Below, one piece after another: positions 18,385 through 26,634 of a DNA stretch of 64,000 bases. The notes beneath the pieces were generated by a model. It saw only the letters and a list, made by a program, of their open reading frames with translations, had not been told where the DNA came from and searched no databases. A program made the translations under genes and the position numbers. The DNA lies in assembly GCA_015067825.1 (NCBI GenBank), contig SVLQ01000001.1:396485-460484 (forward strand), read 5' to 3'. Each line of letters opens with the position of its first letter. The first letter of the stretch is position 1. This DNA is from Oscillospiraceae bacterium. GTDB taxonomy: Bacteria > Bacillota > Clostridia > Oscillospirales > QAMX01.

Positions 18385-19953
18385 TTATTCGCCTTTGAGG
18401 AATCCGTAGTAGCGGCCAAGCCAATACGGGAAGGTGAAGATCGTGCCGGTTTCTTCGTAGAGCGGGCTGCCGCTGTCCATCGGGATGAACGGGTTTCCGT
18501 TCCACTTCATGATGCGGCGTTCGTCGGGCGGCAGAAGCGTTTTGATTTGGCGTTTGCCGAAGCGGTCGACGTCTTCTTCGAATTCGAGGTCATCGCGTTC
18601 GGTGTTGTTCGGCGAGAAGGCGCGCAGGTCGAGCGGCAGATGGCGCAGCGTCCACAGGCAGCCTTCCATATCGTAGTCGATTTCGGTGTCGAGGAGTTTA
18701 TAGATGTAGGTCCAGAGCGGGTTGAGCTCACGCTGGATATTGCGCCAGAGCTCGCCCATGCCGTACTTGTACTTCGCGAGCAGCTCCGGATCGGTCTCCA
18801 AGAGGATCAGCGGCAGATAGGTCAGGTAGGCAAGCTCTTCGTCGGAGTAGTTGATCGTCGGTTCTTTGCGGGCAAGGTAGGTGCAGCAGAGGTCGGCGTA
18901 ACCGAGGTCGAACGCAAGCTTTTTATACTCGCGCTCGAAGCGCTCTTCGCCGGTCAGGTAAGCGGCGACCTTGACCATCGTCAGCATTTCGGCGGCGTTG
19001 AGGAAGGTATCTTCGTAGCCGCGGCCGTTGAAATAGTCGAGGTTCCAGTTGCCCCACATCGTCGGCCGGCCGGTGACGTCGATGAAATAGTAGTCGTTGG
19101 CGACGACGTAGTCGACGATATCGGCGGCGGTCTGGCGGATCTTGGCCTTCAGTTCTTCGTCGGGCAGCAGGTCGTGGGCGACGAGGTAGAGCATGAAGTG
19201 GCCAACGACTTCGTCGCTGGAAGTATCGGATTTCCAGAAAACTTCGCCGTCGTCCTTAGCCAGCCAGAAGCCGTCTTCGGGCAGGTGTTCATCTTTGGTG
19301 ACGAACGAACGGGCGAAATAGCCCTTGATGCCGGTGACATCGACCAGGCTCAGAACGGCTTTCGTCGTGGTGATCGCGCGGTTGAGCGCATCTTCGGAAC
19401 CGGTCACGGCGTATTCGTAGCAGGCACCGGCGGCATACATCGCCGTCCACAGACCGTCGTTGTCTTCACTTTCGAGATGGTATTCCGTAAAATCATCTTC
19501 GCGGGCAAAATGCGGCGAGGTGACAAAGCCATGGCGCATCTGGCGTTCGAGCACACGGGCGTCATAGATCGCGGATTTTTCCGCCATCGTCATTTCTTTG
19601 TAGTAGAAATGGGAAATGCCTGTTTCGGTCCAAACCCAAACACCATTTTTATCATCCGGCGCGATCGCTTTCACCGCATCATCGGCGAGATAGCGCGGGC
19701 CATTGAAGTACTGGACGTTATCACGGGAATATTCCTCCTGCGCCATGCGCAGAGCACCGCGCTTGCTGCCCATCCAAAGCGCACCGTCTTTGGCATAGCA
19801 CCAGCAATCGGCCGAGCCATTGGGCAAGGGATTGGCCTTGGGGCGAGCCGGCGCACCGGCATAATCGAGCGGAAATTTTTCGACCATTTTCTGCAGGAAG
19901 GGACGCAGTTCGATCGAATCCTTGGGAGCGGCTTTCAGGCGATTGATCAGCAT
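18385..19953 (-). CDS. Hypothetical cytoplasmic protein, possibly (alpha/alpha)-toroid glycoside-hydrolase-like
   Basis: AAGGAGG lies 8 nt before the ATG at 19953 (MLINRLKAAP). Coding-like composition throughout, but I recognise no diagnostic catalytic motif. DGLWTAMYAAGACYEYAVTG resembles six-hairpin glycosidase helices. Confidence 0.6.
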   Translation of the reverse strand: MLINRLKAAPKDSIELRPFLQKMVEKFPLDYAGAPARPKANPLPNGSADCWCYAKDGALWMGSKRGALRMAQEEYSRDNVQYFNGPRYLADDAVKAIAPDDKNGVWVWTETGISHFYYKEMTMAEKSAIYDARVLERQMRHGFVTSPHFAREDDFTEYHLESEDNDGLWTAMYAAGACYEYAVTGSEDALNRAITTTKAVLSLVDVTGIKGYFARSFVTKDEHLPEDGFWLAKDDGEVFWKSDTSSDEVVGHFMLYLVAHDLLPDEELKAKIRQTAADIVDYVVANDYYFIDVTGRPTMWGNWNLDYFNGRGYEDTFLNAAEMLTMVKVAAYLTGEERFEREYKKLAFDLGYADLCCTYLARKEPTINYSDEELAYLTYLPLILLETDPELLAKYKYGMGELWRNIQRELNPLWTYIYKLLDTEIDYDMEGCLWTLRHLPLDLRAFSPNNTERDDLEFEEDVDRFGKRQIKTLLPPDERRIMKWNGNPFIPMDSGSPLYEETGTIFTFPYWLGRYYGFLKGE

Positions 19954-20019
19954 AGGGATCCTCCTTTGATGATTCCCGCGCGCAAACGGCGGGAGGATGC
20001 GTCCGGAAATCCGGACAGA

Positions 20020-20058
20020 TAAAAAATTCGGGCTGTCAGAAAATCCACAGCCCGAATT
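20020..20058 (-). terminator. Terminator of the membrane-protein gene
   Basis: ATTCGGGCTGT (20026-20036) pairs with ACAGCCCGAAT (20047-20057). The minus strand continues TTTTTTAT. Confidence 0.7.
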
Positions 20059-20076
20059 GATTGACAAAACGATCGC

Positions 20077-20886
20077 TCAGATCAGCTGCAGAATATAGTA
20101 GACACCGTAGCCGACAAGCAAAACAACGGCCGCAAAGACCGCGTAATAGAAATACTGCGAACCCAAAATCATGCAGCCGACGAACAAGAGCGCCACCGCA
20201 GCCAGGGCGATGAACACCGGGAGATAGTTAAAACGGTCGTTTAAGAACCGGATTTTGAGCGAACCGAGCGAAATCTCACCTTTTTTGCGCCACAAGAGCC
20301 ACAAAAACGCCGCCGACAGCACCAAAACCGCCGCGTAGATGATCTCCAGCACTTTCCAGCCGCCCATCCAAAGAAGCAGCGCATTCGGAAGCGTGTAGAG
20401 GAGGTAAAACACAACGGCACTCAACCCGAGAACCAGCATGGAAACAAAGCATTCACGCCGCACAAGCCAATAGAGAATCGCGAGCGCAGCTGCAGCAATG
20501 ACGATCATCATCGAAACACGCGCGCCCAAACCGCTGAAGAAATACTGCACAGACGTGCTGAAAAAGAGCATCAGCGCCGTCAGCGAAACATTCATCCAGT
20601 TGATCAGCTTGTCCTCCGGCTTGCCACCCTTACGGCGCATCTTCAGATGCAAGACCGCACCGACAACCGTCATCACCGCGCTCAACACCATCGTCGCGAT
20701 ATACGCGATCGTGGTGGCCAGCGTACGTTCACGGCCGCCAATCACACCGCTGTTTTTGATCAGCGTGATCAGAAAAATATATACGGTAGCAGCACCGAAA
20801 ACAAGCAGCATCTTATTGGTGATCAGATCTTCTCTCTGCTTTTTGGCTTTCAAAGAAGCCTGCACGGTCTTGCGATCGCCCTGCAT
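20077..20886 (-). CDS. Polytopic membrane protein (hypothetical, about 8 TM)
   Basis: Continuous hydrophobic helices. The start is taken at ATG 20886 (MQGDRKT) to avoid overlapping rsmE; the track start is 20967. Confidence 0.6.
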   Translation of the reverse strand: MQGDRKTVQASLKAKKQREDLITNKMLLVFGAATVYIFLITLIKNSGVIGGRERTLATTIAYIATMVLSAVMTVVGAVLHLKMRRKGGKPEDKLINWMNVSLTALMLFFSTSVQYFFSGLGARVSMMIVIAAAALAILYWLVRRECFVSMLVLGLSAVVFYLLYTLPNALLLWMGGWKVLEIIYAAVLVLSAAFLWLLWRKKGEISLGSLKIRFLNDRFNYLPVFIALAAVALLFVGCMILGSQYFYYAVFAAVVLLVGYGVYYILQLI

Positions 20887-20924
20887 ATCTATAAACAACC
20901 CTTCGTCAAATAATCTCAGTTTCG

Positions 20925-21656
20925 TCAAAACTCGCCGAACGCATACATCAATGCGGCCAGCACACACATCGGCGCGGTTTCACAGCGAAGGATACGTTTG
21001 CCGAGTGTAATCATATTATAGCCTATTTTTTCGGCATTGTCAAATTCTTTTTCCGAAAAACCACCTTCCGGTCCGCTGAAAACGCTGATCGACTGCACTT
21101 GTGCGCAGTTTTTTTCGCTGAGTACGGCTGAAAGCGGTTTTGCGTCCGGTTTTTCGCTGCAAAAGAGCGCAAGATCCGCTTTTCTTCCGCGGGAAAGTGC
21201 AGCTTCAAACGTCATGATTGGCAGAACCTGCGGTACGACCGCACGGCCGCATTGCTTGGCAGCTTCGGCCGCGATCTTCGCGCGGCGCTCGCCTTTTTTT
21301 TCCACGCTGCCGCCTTTGGTCACGCAGTGATCCGACCAAAACGGGATGATCTCGGTCGCACCGAGCTCGACACATTTCTGGATGCAGAGATCCAGCTTAT
21401 CGCCCTTGGGCACGGCAATATACATGCTAACGGAAACGGCAGGCTCAGTCGAATCGCACAGGCGCTCGGGAACGAGTGTGACCTCCGAGGCGGTAAAGCC
21501 GTCGATCACGCAGTCGTAGGCGTTGCCTGCCGAGCAGACGACGAGCCGCTCGCCCACGCGCATGCGCAGCGAAAACGAAATATGCCGCGCGGCCTCACCG
21601 TCGAGACAAAACGGTACGCCCGGTTCGATCGCGGTATCCGTAAAAAATCGTGGCAT
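20925..21656 (-). CDS. rsmE: 16S rRNA (uracil1498-N3)-methyltransferase
   Basis: MPRFF...EAARHISFSLRMRVGE, GDKLDLCIQKCVELGATEIIPF, GPEGGFSEKE...LGKRILRCETA are the RsmE/SPOUT motifs. ATG at 21656. Confidence 0.9.
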   Translation of the reverse strand: MPRFFTDTAIEPGVPFCLDGEAARHISFSLRMRVGERLVVCSAGNAYDCVIDGFTASEVTLVPERLCDSTEPAVSVSMYIAVPKGDKLDLCIQKCVELGATEIIPFWSDHCVTKGGSVEKKGERRAKIAAEAAKQCGRAVVPQVLPIMTFEAALSRGRKADLALFCSEKPDAKPLSAVLSEKNCAQVQSISVFSGPEGGFSEKEFDNAEKIGYNMITLGKRILRCETAPMCVLAALMYAFGEF

Positions 21657-21768
21657 CTCCCCTGCTCCTTTCCGACAAATCATACAACTTTAATTATACT
21701 ATGGAAGGGGCTGTTTGTCAACTTTTTCCGTGAAGCGCAAGACAGTTTCGCACTTGCCAACCAATCAA

Positions 21769-22317
21769 TCAGCAGGACTGTTGGGCTGAATCCGGCGTGA
21801 TCCAGAATCTTTTGATCCAAACCTTCGCGTTCGGTTCATAAACAGTAGTTTCATACACTCCACCGTTTGCAAGGATCGTCTTCTCGCTCCCGATATTGCC
21901 GTCGATACAGGTGATAAGCACCTTTTCGATTCCGATACTTTTGCAAAACGGAAGTGCTGCCTTCAACATTTTTTTAGCATATCCCTTTCGCCTTTCATCT
22001 GGTCTCACGGAGTATCCGATGTGGCCGCCGAACTTTTCAAGATACTCGGTAAAATAATGCCGCACCTGAATCATACCCACAAGTTTGTCATCCGTTGTGC
22101 GGACAAACAAAAATTGCGTCGCGGCAGCTCGATCGTTCGGAACGGCGGCAGCATCCTCGTTTGCTTCGCAGAACCTGATATATTCTCCCGGATCTGCCAT
22201 TCTGCGCAGAGATCCTGTACCGTCCATGGAATCACCGGCAGCCAGAAATGCACTTCTATATTCTGCGATTTGTTCCGCATATTTCATGGTTGGTTTCATC
22301 AGAATGTAGTCTTCCAT
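21769..22317 (-). CDS. GNAT-family N-acetyltransferase
   Basis: GHIGYSVRPDERRKGYAKKMLKAAL is the acetyl-CoA-binding R-x-x-G-x-A motif. The ATG at 22317 follows GGAGGACGCG. Confidence 0.85.
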   Translation of the reverse strand: MEDYILMKPTMKYAEQIAEYRSAFLAAGDSMDGTGSLRRMADPGEYIRFCEANEDAAAVPNDRAAATQFLFVRTTDDKLVGMIQVRHYFTEYLEKFGGHIGYSVRPDERRKGYAKKMLKAALPFCKSIGIEKVLITCIDGNIGSEKTILANGGVYETTVYEPNAKVWIKRFWITPDSAQQSC

Positions 22318-22369
22318 CGCGTCCTCCACTTCCCGGCTATCGTAACGGCACTATAGCATCATCGTTTGT

Positions 22370-22398
22370 ATTATACCATACTCCCCCGTTTCCCGCAA
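22370..22398 (-). promoter_or_regulatory. Sigma-A-type promoter of the GNAT gene
   Basis: The minus strand reads TTGCGG (22398-22393), 17-nt spacer ending in TGG, TATAAT (22375-22370). Confidence 0.45.
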
Positions 22399-22510
22399 CG
22401 CGCAAAAGAAAGGACTGTGCTATAAAGGACAGTTTTTCATTTCAACAGGAAATAGCACCTACCAACAGGAAAAGGACAGAGAATGTTTTTACACGCTCTG
22501 TCCTTTTTTC

Positions 22511-22730
22511 TTCACAAATGCATATCGTGAAATATTTTGCTTTGCAAAATGTGAAATCATGTTCTGTCGAACATTGTGAAATATCTCGCTCTGCTCGATG
22601 TGAAATGAAATAAATCCCCTCACGCCCGCAGGCATTTCACTCGCTGAAAGCGAATTTCACGCACAAAGTGCATTTCACAAATCCCGTAAGGGATTTATTT
22701 CGTTGCGCAGTGTCCTTTAGGACACTGCGC
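22511..22730. repeat. Heptamer/hairpin array: GTGAAAT four times forward, ATTTCAC three times reverse, interleaved with short perfect palindromes
   Basis: GTGAAAT starts at 22527, 22551, 22576 and 22600. ATTTCAC starts at 22634, 22654 and 22672. TTCACA is at 22511. The spacer palindromes are listed in the findings. Confidence 0.85.
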
Positions 22731-22743
22731 ATAGGCTCGGATA

Positions 22744-24357
22744 TTACTTCGCCGATTCGTTCTGTCCGTTTTTCAGAGCTTCTGCCTGTTCCTTTTGGGT
22801 CTTGGGATCGTAGGAAAGCATCGGCTCGACCGACAGTCCGCGCAAATTACGGTCGACGTAGTTTTTGGTGATCTTCATAACGATACCGGAAAGCGTGATG
22901 ACACCGATCAAGTTGGGGATCATCATCAGGCCGTTGAAGGTATCGGAGATATCCCACGCAAGCGACGAGGTCATCATCGAACCGGCCATAATGACGATGA
23001 CGAACACAGTCTTGAAGCCGACCGTCGCTTTTTCGCCGAAGAGGTAGGCAAACGCAGTAGAACCGTAGTGCGACCAGCCGAGAACGGTCGTGAAGGCAAA
23101 GAGCAGGAGTGCGATGGCGATGAACATGCTGCCGAAATCGATGCCGCCAAAGGTAAAGACCGTACCGAAGGCCTTGGCGACCAGCGTCGCGTCGCCGCCG
23201 CTGCCGGCTGCGATCGCGCCGGTTTCGAGGTCGATCACGCCGGAGGTGAGAACGACGAGCGCCGTCATCGTGCAGACGATCATCGTGTCGGCAAAGACCT
23301 CAAAGATACCCCACATACCCTGCTGAACCGGTTCCTTGACGTTGGAGTTGGAGTGGACCATGACCGACGAACCGAGACCGGCTTCGTTGGAGAACACGCC
23401 GCGCTTGAAGCCCTGCGTGACTGCCTGCATCACCGTGAAGCCGACCGCGCCGCCCCAAGCGGAATTGGCCGTAAAGGCATCGGTAAAGATCGCCGAGAAG
23501 GCCGCACCGATCTGATTGTAATTAACGCCGATGACGATGAGCGAACCGAGAACAAAGAGGCAGACCATGAGCGGGACGATCTTTTCCGCAAAAGAAGCAA
23601 TGCGCTTTAAGCCGCCGAGGATGATCAGCGCGCCGAGGATCATCAGCGCCACGCCGATAAGGATCGCGTAGAGCGAAACGCCGCCGACCGGCACCGACGA
23701 GAGCGACTCGATTGGGAATGCGCTTTCGATGTTGGCGACGATCTTGTTGACCTGACCGACGTTGCCGATACCGAACGCCGCCAAAACCGTGAAGCAGGAG
23801 AAGAGGATCGCCAGAATTCGGCCGAGCTTTTTGCAGTGCTTTTTGGCGCCGAGGCCGTCCTGCAGATAGTACATCGCGCCGCCGGCCCATTCGCCCTTGG
23901 CGTTCTTGCGGCGGTAGAAGATACCGAGCACGTTTTCGGAGTAGTTGGTCATCATGCCAAAGAAGGCCGCCAGCCACATCCAGAACACCGCACCCGGGCC
24001 GCCCACGACGATCGCCGCGGCGACGCCGGCAATGTTGCCGACACCGATGGTCGCAGCAAGCGCCGTACAGAGCGCCTGGAACTGCGAGATCGAGCTCTTA
24101 TCCTTCGTATGGCCGATGACGTTGCGCTGGAAAAGGCTGCCAAGCGTATGCTTGAACCAAAGGCCGATGTGCGAGATCTGGAACACCTTGGTCAGCACGG
24201 TCATCAAAATACCGGTGCCGAGCAGGATAAAGAGACCGCTTTTGACCCAGACAAAGTCGTTGATCACGCTGTTGATCTCGGTGATCGTTTTTTCGGCCTC
24301 ACAGCCGCATAAGAGAAGCGGCAGAGCGGCCAGCGCGAGTAGTTTTGCTTTTTTCAC
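22744..24357 (-). CDS. agcS: Alanine/glycine:cation symporter (AGCS family)
   Basis: SQFQALCTALAATIGVGNIAGVAAAI, GGPGAVFWMW and AGGAMYY are AGCS signatures. GTG start at 24357 with GGAG 8 nt upstream. A glycine riboswitch lies upstream. Confidence 0.9.
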   Translation of the reverse strand: MKKAKLLALAALPLLLCGCEAEKTITEINSVINDFVWVKSGLFILLGTGILMTVLTKVFQISHIGLWFKHTLGSLFQRNVIGHTKDKSSISQFQALCTALAATIGVGNIAGVAAAIVVGGPGAVFWMWLAAFFGMMTNYSENVLGIFYRRKNAKGEWAGGAMYYLQDGLGAKKHCKKLGRILAILFSCFTVLAAFGIGNVGQVNKIVANIESAFPIESLSSVPVGGVSLYAILIGVALMILGALIILGGLKRIASFAEKIVPLMVCLFVLGSLIVIGVNYNQIGAAFSAIFTDAFTANSAWGGAVGFTVMQAVTQGFKRGVFSNEAGLGSSVMVHSNSNVKEPVQQGMWGIFEVFADTMIVCTMTALVVLTSGVIDLETGAIAAGSGGDATLVAKAFGTVFTFGGIDFGSMFIAIALLLFAFTTVLGWSHYGSTAFAYLFGEKATVGFKTVFVIVIMAGSMMTSSLAWDISDTFNGLMMIPNLIGVITLSGIVMKITKNYVDRNLRGLSVEPMLSYDPKTQKEQAEALKNGQNESAK

Positions 24358-24410
24358 AAAAAATCTCCGTCCTTTCTTTTCGCAAATCCATATCGCTGCA
24401 AAAAAGGCAG

Positions 24411-24440
24411 CAAAAAAGGAGCACTAAAAATAGTGCTCCG
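24411..24440 (-). terminator. Intrinsic terminator forming the expression platform of the glycine riboswitch
   Basis: The minus strand reads GGAGCACTA, loop TTTTT, TAGTGCTCC, then TTTTTTG. Confidence 0.7.
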
Positions 24441-24477
24441 AAGATCCCGCCTATGCCAAACAGTGCATAAACAAAAA

Positions 24478-24665
24478 GTTCTGTCCTTTTGCCTGAGAGT
24501 TTGTCTGCATTTGCAGAGTTTCACCTTCGGCCCCCGCGTATTTCATCGGGCTTCTCCAGAGCACCGTCCGTTATCAGTCTTTGATTATAAATCACCTGAG
24601 AGCGTTACCCCTTCGGTCGCCTTGCGGCTGTTTCCTGACAACTTCATCCGGTCGATATGAATTTG
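24478..24665 (-). promoter_or_regulatory. Tandem glycine riboswitch (cis-regulatory RNA)
   Basis: The distal aptamer is near-canonical on the minus strand: CTCTGGAGAA...GGCCGAAGGTG...CTCTCAGGCAAAAGGACAG. The proximal aptamer is more divergent: CAGGAAAC...GACCGAAGGGGTAACGCTCTCAGGTG...AAAGAC. It sits upstream of an AGCS transporter, a typical target. Confidence 0.85.
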
Positions 24666-24673
24666 TTGGGTTT

Positions 24674-24702
24674 ATTTTACCACAAATAGTTGCAGAAAGC
24701 AA
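24674..24702 (-). promoter_or_regulatory. Sigma-A-type promoter driving riboswitch-agcS
   Basis: The minus strand reads TTGCTT (24702-24697), 17-nt spacer, TAAAAT (24679-24674). Confidence 0.5.
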
Positions 24703-24768
24703 GCACATTTCGACAATTAAACAATTCTTTTTGTTTTGCCGTTTCCGGCAGCCATCGCGTTTTTTACA

Positions 24769-24797
24769 TTGACTTTTTCTGCACAATTCGTTATAAT
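24769..24797 (+). promoter_or_regulatory. Sigma-A-type promoter of the zinc-ribbon membrane protein gene
   Basis: TTGACT (24769-24774), 17-nt spacer, TATAAT (24792-24797). Confidence 0.6.
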
Positions 24798-24857
24798 TAA
24801 TGTATAGAAATGATCGGGAATACCGTTTTTAATTCCGTAAGAATGTGAGGAGATCGT

Positions 24858-26483
24858 ATGAGTTCATCATTCTGTACCAACTGCGGCAATCCGCTGACGG
24901 AAGGTGCAAAGTTCTGTGCCAATTGTGGAACGCCGGTTGCCCAGCCGGAACCGATTCCGGAAGTTCCGGCAGAGGAAGTTTCCGTGGAAGAAATTCCGGA
25001 AGCCGTCGCCGAAGTTGCTCCCCTGGCGGTTGAAGATACGGCAGAAGCCGTCAAACAGGCTGCGGAAGATGTGGCCGCCGAAGAAGCTATGACTGAAGAA
25101 CCCGTCGCGGAGCTTTCGGAAGTTCCGGCGGAAGAGGAACTTGCGGAACCGTTTGCCGAAGAAACCGCTGCTGAAACGCCGACCGAGCCGGTCGTTGAAG
25201 AAATCGCCGCAGAATCGGCTGTCGAAGAAACCGTTGCTGAACCGGTCCGGGAAATCCCGCAGCAAGCGCCGGTTTATGTCGCTCCGTCTTATGCCGCACC
25301 TGCACCCGCTCCCGCACCTGCACCCGCTCCGGTCTACGTCGTGCCGATGCCCGTGCCGCAGACGGTCGTCGTGCCCGGCCCGGGTACCGCAGAAGAGGAT
25401 GCCCGTAAAGCCAGACGATTCGGCGCCAAAGAAGGCAAGCGGATCCGCTCGAAGGTCGGTTTTTTCCGCCGCTTCTTTGCAGTTCTCGTTTCGTTCCTCC
25501 TCTTTGTCAGCGTTTTGGTCACGATCGTGGTTTTCGACGTCCGCAATCTCTCGTCGCAGGCCGTGATCGAAAACATTGTGGAAGACATCGATCTTTCCAT
25601 CATCCCCGAAGAACAGTTTGAAGAGATCCTTGATGAAACCGGTGTTACGCCGCTGAGAAAAAATGAGAAGCTCGACAGCATGATCAACGACCTCTACACC
25701 GGCAAGGGCAACACCACCATCACAGACGACGACGTTATGCACTTCTTTGAAGAAAACCGCATCTATTTGGAGAACGAATTTGGTTTCTCGGCATCGCAGT
25801 ATGAAGTGCGGCAGACGCTGAATGAGATCGAATTTGAACGGATCTCCACGGAAGATCTGCGCGACCTGCTCGACGATTCGCCGATCGCCACGCTCATTGC
25901 CGCCAAGGCTTCGTCTGTACTGGAAGGGCTCTACTCCGGCGAGGAAGTTTCCCTCCCGCGTAAGGAAGTCCAGCGCATGGTCAAGAACATCAACAACTAC
26001 CTCGAAGACGAATTCAACGTCACGATGCCGGAGGAATACCAGGAAAACATCACGGAATTCTTCACCGAAGGCGAGATTTTTGAAGAGCTGAAGCCCGAAA
26101 TGATCGAAGAAAACGCACCTGTCGTCTACACGGCGCTGCAGATCGGCTTCTCGGTTTATCTGCTGATCTTCCTTTTGGTTCTCTGCCTGATCTGGATGCT
26201 GCTGATCTTCCTCTGCGGCCGCTGCAGTTGGACGCGTGCGGCAAAAACGATTGGCATCGTGCTTCTGATCCCCGGCATGATCTTCACGCTGGCGACCGGT
26301 ATTGCCGAAGCGCTGCCGGCACTTTGGGCGACGATCTGCGGCAACATCACCGCCATCAGCGTCGCCGCCGCGACCGTGCTGACGGCGAATGCAATGGTCA
26401 GCCTCGGCGTTCTCATTGCGGGTTTTGTCCTGCTGATCGGCGGCTGCATTCTCTCGAGAGTGTTCCGCAAAGTCGGCGCGTAA
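24858..26483 (+). CDS. Zinc-ribbon-domain membrane protein with an acidic Glu/Ala/Pro/Val-rich linker (hypothetical)
   Basis: N-terminal FCTNCGNPLTEGAKFCANCG zinc ribbon. About 140 aa of low-complexity acidic sequence. One TM (FFAVLVSFLLFVSVLVTIVVF), a soluble domain, then four C-terminal TMs. RBS GAGGAG. Confidence 0.75.
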   Translation: MSSSFCTNCGNPLTEGAKFCANCGTPVAQPEPIPEVPAEEVSVEEIPEAVAEVAPLAVEDTAEAVKQAAEDVAAEEAMTEEPVAELSEVPAEEELAEPFAEETAAETPTEPVVEEIAAESAVEETVAEPVREIPQQAPVYVAPSYAAPAPAPAPAPAPVYVVPMPVPQTVVVPGPGTAEEDARKARRFGAKEGKRIRSKVGFFRRFFAVLVSFLLFVSVLVTIVVFDVRNLSSQAVIENIVEDIDLSIIPEEQFEEILDETGVTPLRKNEKLDSMINDLYTGKGNTTITDDDVMHFFEENRIYLENEFGFSASQYEVRQTLNEIEFERISTEDLRDLLDDSPIATLIAAKASSVLEGLYSGEEVSLPRKEVQRMVKNINNYLEDEFNVTMPEEYQENITEFFTEGEIFEELKPEMIEENAPVVYTALQIGFSVYLLIFLLVLCLIWMLLIFLCGRCSWTRAAKTIGIVLLIPGMIFTLATGIAEALPALWATICGNITAISVAAATVLTANAMVSLGVLIAGFVLLIGGCILSRVFRKVGA

Positions 26484-26560
26484 ACCGAAAAACAGAAAAA
26501 CGGATACCGTTAGTCACATATTCTTAAGGACAGTTTTGAGAATATGTTAGCTGCAAACAG

Positions 26561-26600
26561 AAGAAGACAGAGAATGTTTTGCGTTCTCTGTCTTCTTTTA
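26561..26600 (+). terminator. Rho-independent terminator (second copy of a repeated terminator module)
   Basis: GAAGACAGAGAA (26563-26574) pairs with TTCTCTGTCTTC (26584-26595), followed by TTTT. Confidence 0.75.
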
Positions 26601-26634
26601 TAAGTACTGTATTTTGCCCACAAATACCTCTACA

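Noticed and set aside
22645-22659. cre-like (CcpA) site TGAAAGCGAATTTCA inside the hairpin array.
   Set aside because: It is 15 nt rather than the 14-nt TGWAANCGNTNWCA frame, so the two half-sites are out of register. It lies downstream of a gene, not in a promoter.
22511-22700. Possible CRISPR array or plasmid-type iterons/origin, because of the 24-25-bp periodic GTGAAAT repeats.
   Set aside because: The repeat unit is only 7 nt and the spacers are themselves palindromes. There are no cas or rep genes anywhere in the window, and I found no DnaA-box (TTATCCACA) cluster. It is kept as an unexplained repeat and hairpin array instead.
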